Assembly (NCBI GenBank): GCA_951406725.2
Contig: OX597816.1
Coordinates: 36,766,001 to 36,830,000, forward strand
DNA: 64,000 nt
Reading direction: 5' to 3'
Source: Octopus vulgaris
Taxonomy: Eukaryota
Below are positions 54,638 to 64,000 of the stretch, one piece after another. Every line of letters begins with the position of its first letter. The stretch's first letter is position 1. The notes beneath the pieces were generated by a model, which saw nothing but the letters and a program-made list of their open reading frames with translations, did no database searches and was not told the origin of the DNA. The translations under genes and the position numbers were made by a program.

Positions 54638-54821
54638 CAAATCTGAAGTGCAGTTTAGTTGAGAAAAGATTTACATTTATACAGATATACAGGGAAATGT
54701 ATGCCAGTGAGAAAGCAGACGGGTACGTCGGTGTTGAAAGTCAAGGACTCCTCCCCATTCTATAATTAACAAGAACTTTGAGAATATCCAAGGCATAATT
54801 TCAAGTCTGTATGTGTGCATG

Positions 54822-54852
<31 letters not shown>

Positions 54853-55917
54853 GTGTGTATGTATATGTGTACAATAGTGTTTTACATATGTACATGTCCA
54901 TGTAAGTCTTTAAGTCATCGATACGTAGTCTTACTTCTATGTGGCTATCGGTATTATTGTGTTGGTATATGTGTGCTTGATGTATGTGTGAGAGAATGTA
55001 TGCTTATGTGCAGTTGTAATTGTGCGTGCGTATGTACGTGCTTGTCCAATAAAGTAAATATATTGCTAAGCAGTTATGTTACTGCCTGAAGTTTCTACAA
55101 ATTACGAGAAATGTGTGACTATTTTTGTATATCCTATTGTGTGACTGGTGGCATTTGCGTACGTAACTGTATGACTACTCCCACTCGTCTCTGTTACTTT
55201 GAGTACATTCATATGCGTGCCCTAGATGCGTTGACCTGTCTTTCTTCATTCATATCTGCGTTTGCAATTTGCCTGTTGAGTCCAAGATTACGTATGCTCA
55301 TTTGTACGCGCATGCCTTATATGCACACCGGTCGGCATAGCATTTCTTCGATTTTTAATTAATATACCTAAAATATTGTATATCGCAGGGCAAGGAAAAA
55401 TCAATATTCTTATGACTTCCTTTCATTTTGGATTTAGTCATTTCCTTTTATAAAATATTTTAATATTATTTCGGGTTTATTGCTTTCTAGCATTTGAGGA
55501 CAAATGCTGAAACTGCAATGAGAGAGGCATGGCAGATATATTAAATCACACCATGTACCATTATTTTCGTTTTCATACGTTCCGATAATATTAAATTCGA
55601 GGGTGATACCGATGGCGGTAATATGACCGTGGTGAATGCGACATCAAGGACGATGATTATGATGATGATAATGATGATGATGACCATTATCATCATCATC
55701 ATCATCTTCCTCATGATCATGGTCATGGTTAGATGTTTATCATACCTTATGAATATTCGCAGCATTTGGAACTCTTTGCTTGCATGCTACCTGTAACCTA
55801 TGGTATCATGCTATCTGTCCATATCAATTATCTAATACTTTCATAATGGTACCAGCCGTGCCATGGAAGCCAATCTTCTGTAGTGTTCGCGACGATCGGC
55901 GCTTGTCATTCATATCA

Positions 55918-55975
<58 letters not shown>

Positions 55976-56036
55976 GTTGCTGTTGTTGTTGTTGTCGTTG
56001 GTGGTGGTGTTGTTGTTGTAGTTGTTGTTATTTTTA

Positions 56037-56104
<68 letters not shown>

Positions 56105-56105
<1 letters not shown>

Positions 56106-56473
56106 GCTTGACTTTTGCTTTATGTCTGTACAAGTTGGTTCCAAGTCTCACCCAGAGACCTCAAGAGACAACAGGTTGGAAGTTCACGTTGTTGTTATGC
56201 CTAGTGTGCCATATATTTGTTTGTTTTTTGGTGCTGTACTAGTGAATGTCTAATACATAAAAAAAAGTTTGTTTTAAACCTTGGGATTACATAGAGAGTA
56301 TTTTGCGTAGGATAATAGCAGTTCCCATGAGCACTATCTTTTGAATTTCTGCCATTTTGGGGTTTCCTGGTATCTGAGTTAGGTAGCAATCAGTCCCTTT
56401 CGCTATCATTCCCAGGGCACCTATGACAACATGTATTGTTTTAGTCTTCAGCTCCCACATTTTGCTGATTTCT
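56105..56473 (-). mobile_element. 3' end of a second Dong-like LINE family
   Basis: EISKMWELKTKTIHVVIGALGMI...AEIQKIVLMGTAIILRKIL; ends in (TAA)n. Confidence 0.75.
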
Positions 56474-56494
56474 ATTATTATTATTATTATTATT

Positions 56495-57929
56495 CAGTAG
56501 TTTTATTTTTATTTTTATAGCGTGCTTTCACTTCACTACCGAGCGCAGCTCTGTGTGCCTTGGGTATGTGCTGTGATTTGTTGTGATGCTCTGATGGTTA
56601 TTGTATGGAAAGTGTTCTGCGTAGGATGTGGGCAGTGCCTAGTAGTGCATTTTTCTGTATGTTATATGTGTTTGTAAGTCCTGGTGTTTTTGTTATGTAT
56701 TTGTCTGAATATTTTTTTATCATGCCTAATGCACCTACTATGATAGGAATTGTTTCTGTTTTCAGATTCCACATTCTAGTTACCTCTATTTCCAGGTCTT
56801 TGTATTTTGAGAGTTTCTCCATTTCTTTTAGAGACACGTTGTCATCTGCCGGTATTGATACATCAATTAAAAAGCATTTTTTTCTTCATGATCTCTGACA
56901 ACTATATCTGGTCTGTTGGCCTTAATTTCTCTATCTGTGTGTATCGGCATATCCCAGAGTATGGTTGCTTTCTCGTTTTCTGTGACCTTTTCTGGTGTGT
57001 GCCTATACCATCTTTTTTCTGTTGTTATTCCATAATGTTGGCATAGATTCCAATGTATGTAGGTTCCAACTCTGTCATGTCTGTGAATATATTCCTTCTT
57101 AGCCAGGACTGGGCAGCTAGAGATAATATGATTTATTGTTTCTTGTCCATCTCCACATATTCTGCAGTTACTTGTAATATTTCTTTTCATTACATGTTTT
57201 TGGTAATTTCTGGTGGGGAGGCTTTGGTCTTGTGCTGCAATTAAAAATCCCTCTGTTTCTGCTTTGAGTCCTCAGCTTCTCAACCATTGCTGGGATTTTT
57301 CTTTGTCTATTTCTTTTGCGTTTAGTTTAGTGCAGAATTTACCATGAAGGGGCTTTTCTTGCCATCGTTTTATCATGGTTCGTTGCTGTTCTGTTTTTAG
57401 TTTGGATTTCATTTGTTTTATAGCTTTTGTTGTTTCTTCATCTTCTTCTTCATGTTTATTAGGTGGTATGATTTCTTGTTTGTATTTGTCAGCTTCCTTA
57501 AATACTGAGAACAGTTTTTTGTTTTGCTCGTGTTTTGCCGCTATCTGGATCAGTTTTCCTTCCTTCTGAAGTAGATATTTTTGCAGTCCTATGGTGGTTA
57601 TTTTATAGTAGATTTCCAGCTGTATAAGGCCTCTACCACCTTCTATACGTTGTATATATAGTCTTTCTATGTCAGATTTTGGGTGATGCATCCTAGATCC
57701 TGTCATTATTTTTCTTGTTTTCCTATCTATTTTGGTCAGTTCATTTAGTGTCCAGTTAAGGATATTGTAGCTGTAACTTATAACTGGGACAGCTAAATTG
57801 TTGATACCTATTATCTTGTTTTTAGCATTGAGCTCTGTGTTTAGTATTGATCTAACTCGTCTATAATATTCTTTTTTTATTTTCTCTTTCATTTGTGTAT
57901 GTTGTGTCTTATCTAGTTCATGGATTCCT

Positions 57930-57932
<3 letters not shown>
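56495..57932 (-). mobile_element. 5'-truncated R4/Dong-like LINE, young
   Basis: ORFs 57272..58018, 56867..57190 and 56598..56837: HPKSDIERLY...GGRGL, CRICGDGQETINHIISSC, RHD, RPDIV, KLSKY; two frameshifts; 3' end in (TAA)n. Confidence 0.92.
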
Positions 57933-58157
<225 letters not shown>

Positions 58158-58213
58158 CTTTGTTATTATTATTATTATCATTATTATTATTATTATTATT
58201 ATTATTAAGTAAT

Positions 58214-58375
58214 GTGGCAGATTTTTATACTCAGAATTTAAATTTCACTGTGGTCGACTTTGCATTTCATGTTTGGTGGGGGTCGATCACATATGTACCA
58301 GTCGAACACCAGGGTTGATGTAATCGGCTTACACCCTCCCTTGGAACTGCTGGACTTGTGCCAGAATTTGAATCA
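58214..58375 (+). mobile_element. Decayed Nin-domain SINE
   Basis: ggtcgactttgcatttcat...ggggtcgatc...gtaccagt. Confidence 0.6.
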
Positions 58376-59769
58376 GTGTCATGTTGCTAAGGCTATGACT
58401 GTCACTAGCAATGACGTAGTATTATATGCTATGATTTTGCTAATCGTTTTAGGTACCCTGATAGACACACAGAGATTCTCCTCCTCGTCCATCACTATAG
58501 ATCCTATGAAACATCCATGTGACACCGGGATGTTTCATAGTTAAGTGCGTCTCAACTCAGTGTCGAAGTAACATATCCTCCAGTTTTATAGCTTATTTTA
58601 CTGTTGCACTTAATATCGTTATTGCAATTGCTATTTTGTCGCAAACGCTCACGTTGCTGTTGTTTTTTATTGTTGTTGCTGGTGTTGATGTCGGCTGCTG
58701 TGGTTTCTTTTTGTTGTTGCCTTCTTTGAAGTGAACTGAAAGCCTTGAGATAGTTGGTTTGTGTTACCACATAAGTGCTAAGTTACCTTTTCCCTTTCAA
58801 CCAGCACGAATAGTCATATGAAATGAAGCAGATTCATCAGATCAAAGACGGTTTCTTTTCTTTCACAGTCTGCTGGGAATAAATCCATCCCTGCACCCAA
58901 ACAAATTTTGCTCTGTATCACTTGTTTTTTCACTATTTATTCCAATTGTTTCCTTTGTCTTTCCTCTTTCCGGATTCGATAAAATAATGCATGCATCTAT
59001 TGGAATCTGCTGGGGTCGATGTAATCGAGGAATTTGTTTCCTCTCCAAAATGCTGGTATTGTACATTAATAAGATTTCTATTCATATGTAACATCCACAG
59101 AAAACATCAACGCATATTGTAATATTTCGTGCTAAGTCGTCTAAAACTGTATAAAAGCTTTTGCCGTATACAGAATAAGAGTTATCATTCGTTCTATAAT
59201 CCTGATCCCTAATCCACTCGCATCAAAAACGTTTGGGAGTGGGTATTTTAAATATAGCAATAACTTTCTTTTTTCCATGCCAGATGGTTGCGTGACTTCC
59301 CCTAAACATATCAAGTTTCGTTTCTGTCATTATTCCAGCGTGTACGTTGTCACAAACATCATGTTCTTTAAAAGGTATTTATCTTACAGCAAACTTCCAT
59401 CAAGTATAGCCTTTTATGCGAGTTTTTAAATCTATCGCTTCTCTTGCAAAAATGTATATGCTACGTCTTGAGTAAAACTTAAGAAGCCCCACACACCACA
59501 TATATTGACATTATAACGATATCTGTATCAGAAGAAATAGACCGATAACTATCGTGCCCACCTTTGCTACCACGAATTTAATAGCATATTTAGAATATTA
59601 ATTGAACTAGGAGTATCGAATAACAGTTGATATAGATCTCTACTCAAGGATATTGATAAAATATATTTATCAGAAGAACAAAGTAAAAATATGGACCAAT
59701 TCATTAAGAAGTTAGCACGTGGATAATTGGCACAAACCATGGAATAGCCTGGCATGTAGTACCAACAAG

Positions 59770-60425
59770 TTTATGATATCCCACTGTGAGGATTACCTTT
59801 CATGCAAATCAAAAGCAAGAGATCCCCGGCATCTACATACAGCATAAAATGCAGAAAACGTTGAATGACAGCAAATGTAAGCTGTGCAAGACCAAGAGAG
59901 AAGACATCAACCACATTATTGCCAACTGTGTGAAAATGTCTTGCAGATATTATCTTCCTATGAGGTACGATGATGTAACCTGAGCGGTCTGGAACATAAT
60001 AATAAAAATAGAACACCTACGGACGAAGTTAACAAGATTGACCCCGATGCATTCCAAAAAGTCTAGTGGATCTTAAAAATTAAAATAGGCACCAAGTTAA
60101 AACAACCAACCACGTAGCGTTTTGTTGGGCAACAAGGGGGAGATACGCTTTGTTAGAGAAATCAGCTACCCTCTGGACACCAACGTGGTTCGAAAAATTC
60201 AAGAGGACATCAATAGACAATTAATAAGGTGTTTGAAAGTATACTCCCCAAGATACACTTTCAGCTTCATACTTATTATTGTTGGAGCAACAGGATACAT
60301 ACCATCCCTTTTGGAGCAAGGTATAGTTGAATTCGGGTTCCTGTTAAGAAAAGGTAAATACTTGATTCATAGTCTAGAAATAACCAGGATATCTGGGACT
60401 ATATAAATTTGCAAGATCTTAATGA
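59770..60425 (+). mobile_element. Old RLE-type LINE 3' remnant
   Basis: CKLCKTKREDINHIIANC..M...YYLPMRYDDV and EISYPLD...IIVGATG. Confidence 0.75.
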
Positions 60426-60829
60426 TGATGAACAAAACCAACCTTGCTGCGGAGTATGAGGCCGGTCAAAAATTACTCTAAATTAAAAAGAGAAGAAACA
60501 TACACACATGCATGCATACATACATATATACATACATACATACATACATACATACATACATACATACATACATAATTTTTGCCCACAATAAACATTCACT
60601 AAGCATTTCTGTTCTTATTTCTTTTTCTGTTTTGAGCGATGGATCGCTAACTAAAAGGTTGAGACACTTGCTTTTCCCCAAACAATAGTTATATTGATGT
60701 TTTATTTTTAATCATTCTTCATATTTGTGAATTTTTATTTCTATTTGGATATTCCATTAACAACATTAACAATGTGTCGCCAACTATTTAGATTAAGACT
60801 GGGTTTATACTAATATTATTTATGAAATA

Positions 60830-60866
60830 GATAGATATATAGATAGATATATAGATAGATAGATAC

Positions 60867-60897
<31 letters not shown>

Positions 60898-60914
60898 CAT
60901 AGATAGATAGATAC

Positions 60915-60997
<83 letters not shown>
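60830..60997. repeat. (GATA)n microsatellite
   Basis: Direct reading. Confidence 0.95.
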
Positions 60998-61480
60998 TAC
61001 CGGTACTGCTGACATATATCTAAGATTTAATTATTAACCTTATACGACTGTACTAAGCCTCCCTAATGTTTTTTTTTTCTCTCCTTTATGAGAATTCTAC
61101 AACGTTATTAATGTCTGCTTTATTAAATCCTAAGTATTTGTAATCTGTGCTCGGTATAATTCTATGTCTATTTTTGTAGGCAATATAATATTACTGTTTT
61201 TATTAATAATTTTCCCTCATTACAAGATAAACTACGAGACATTTCCTGACCAAAATTCACGCCGATTTTCTTTGACATTATCTAGCATTATTAATTCCTG
61301 GTGATTTTTGTATACTTAGTATACCATTTTAAACCGATGCGAAGCGTTGAGATCTAGTTGTCATCACAGTGTAGCTTAAATATATTTGCATAAAATACAA
61401 GCTAGAGAAATAATTACTGGAATAGTCTTTCACTCATTAGTTTCGGTTAACTTTTGATCCAACACTGGAATTACAGATTT

Positions 61481-61820
61481 CCGGCGTCGTTGCGCGGGTC
61501 GGTGCGGGTGCCACGAGGTCGGTGCGGGAGTCGTCGGGCGCCGCCGTTCGCGTTGCGGTAGCGCGTCCACCTCCTGGTCGTTTCAGCCCGCACGGTTCCT
61601 TCGAGGGTGCTCTTCGTCGAGTGTCCGAGGTGGCCGGTACGTTGACTGTAAAAAAGTTAGAGTGCTCAGAGCGAGCCCCGCCGGCTTACATACGAAAAGC
61701 ATGGAATGATGGAAAATAGCCTCGTCCGCGCGTCATCACTCGGTCTCCGTTCACGACGAGGCAATGATCGAAAGGAGCGATCGGGGCCACTCGTATTGCG
61801 ACGTTAGAGGTGAAATTCTT
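61481..61820 (+). pseudogene. 18S rRNA fragment (V4 region)
   Basis: Conserved blocks aaaaaagttagagtgctca, gcatggaatgatggaa and cgtattgcgacgttagaggtgaaattctt; sharply bounded GC-rich island. Confidence 0.88.
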
Positions 61821-61854
61821 AATTTATGTTATTGCCATTAATACTTTTTTTATG

Positions 61855-62692
61855 AACAGGTTGATGTTCTCCAATGCTGTTGACGGTTTATCAAAGTTAA
61901 ACGGTCAACCGCATTGGAGAGCATAAATTTTAAAATTGTAGTCGAGAAAAACTTACCTGACATGAAGCACTGGAAGCCATCTGAATATTAGAAAAGATTT
62001 ACCTGTAGCGTGATGATTCACGATGGGTCTCAAAATATTGACATAATTACTGCTGCTCAATGCCCTGTGATCATTGCAAAGGCTGTATGGCCTGACATGG
62101 ACAGCCACAGCGGAGACGATGAAACTGTAGCCAGCCAGAAGGGAACACAACAAGCGTTCCAAACCTTTGAGCAGGACCTTAGGATTAATTCAGGTCGCTA
62201 TGTACAGTTGCTGAAGATTTTGGTCAAATCCTAGTTGCAGGGTGTTGCTGCTTTAATGTCACAAGTATGGCATCGGATTTCCTCTCCTACATATAGTTGC
62301 GTAAAGAGTTAGAAATAATTGTCGGAGAATTTCTACTATTTCACCATACTCATTTTCTGGCCTCCTAATTCCCCCAGTTTTAATACTGTGGATAACTATG
62401 TGTAGGGTCTAGTTCATTAAGATACTGACTACGCTGCCTCCCATGCTGAGACTGACATGATGGCCAAGAACATGGTAGTGTTCCCAGGGAAACAGGGAGA
62501 ACTTCATGCGCCAAATCTGGGCAACGACTCGAGGTTGTGGTGCAGGGCGAGTGAGGCTACTTGAGTAACTTGTTTTCTCTCAGCCATAACCTAGTTTATA
62601 TTTTCTTATTATTAAAATATTTTCGGTTAGGGAAGGAATACTGTGTTCTCTCTTTAATGCAAACTGTCAGGTTTTCCGCGACAATACCCTTT
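61855..62692 (+). mobile_element. Decayed maT/Tc1-like transposase remnant
   Basis: FWPPNSPSFNTVDNYV* (WPPxSPDLNPxD motif) and LRINSGRYVQLL; related to the 38033 element. Confidence 0.6.
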
Positions 62693-62769
62693 ATATCCGC
62701 ACACACACAAACACACATATGTATATGTGTGTCTGTGTATATATATATACATATATAGTTCTGTATTTA

Positions 62770-63205
<436 letters not shown>

Positions 63206-63269
63206 ATATATATATTATAAATGACATGTATGTATGCAGGTATTTATGTGCATATGAATGAATGTATAA

Positions 63270-63376
<107 letters not shown>

Positions 63377-64000
63377 GAAATTCGGGGTGAGTACTTGATA
63401 ATTATAAGCACCTGTGTATACCGTTTGGTGGTGTAGGTGGTGGAGTAAATTGATCAAATTAAAAACATGATGCGAAGGATTCAGCGGTACATATGTTTCG
63501 GGCCTTTATTAGACAGATTTATAACAATGCATAATGTATGTCTGTGGCCTTCTTCAGCCGCGCACAACAGCTTCCACAAGGACATGTGTTACATCAAAAA
63601 TTCTTGGTTGGGGATGCAAATCCTCTCATTCGCGTACGACATAATGCGGCAGCAGCATAGAATTGAAGCGTCCATCTCTTTCTTCTCTCAATGTAGAATG
63701 AGGAAATTTGGATGTTGAAGTAATGTAAATAAATAAATACATATATAGACGTGGAGATGGAGGGGCGAGAATTTAGGACGAGGGATAAAAAATGTATAAA
63801 AAGTGTAAGTATAGAAAAATATAAAAATGTAGAGTATAAAGATATAATGGGATATAAGGAGATGTAAAGGGGGTATAAAGAATATAAAGAAATATAAAGA
63901 AATATAAATAAATGTAAAGGCATAAGGTTATAAAGTAAAAATAGAAATAGAAATAAAAGTAAAAAGTAAAAAAATAAAAATAGGAATAAACATGAGAAAA

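Noticed and set aside
61522-61719. GC-rich 65-aa ORF
   Set aside because: Lies within the 18S rRNA fragment

Overview
AT-rich, repeat-saturated eukaryotic DNA (intergenic or intronic). The SINE, LINE and microsatellite make-up strongly suggests a cephalopod, Octopus-like genome; this is an inference. I found no intact host protein-coding gene, and most listed ORFs are microsatellite read-through artefacts. The window holds decayed mariner and maT transposons, Helitrons, MITEs, CORE- and Nin-type tRNA SINEs, CR1-like and R4/Dong-like LINE pieces in (TAA)n tracts, and a young GC-rich Tx1/L1 LINE inside (GATA)n. It also holds Penelope-like elements, a tRNA-Leu(TAA) copy and an 18S rRNA fragment. 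The main finding is a near-identical 545-bp tandem array (about 3.6 units, 40117-42104). Each unit carries a type I hammerhead ribozyme motif on the minus strand, making it a candidate non-LTR retrozyme (circular-RNA generating) locus. At least eight other intact or decayed hammerhead motifs are dispersed in Penelope-type repeats, and one family appears to join a tRNA-like Pol III promoter to a hammerhead.
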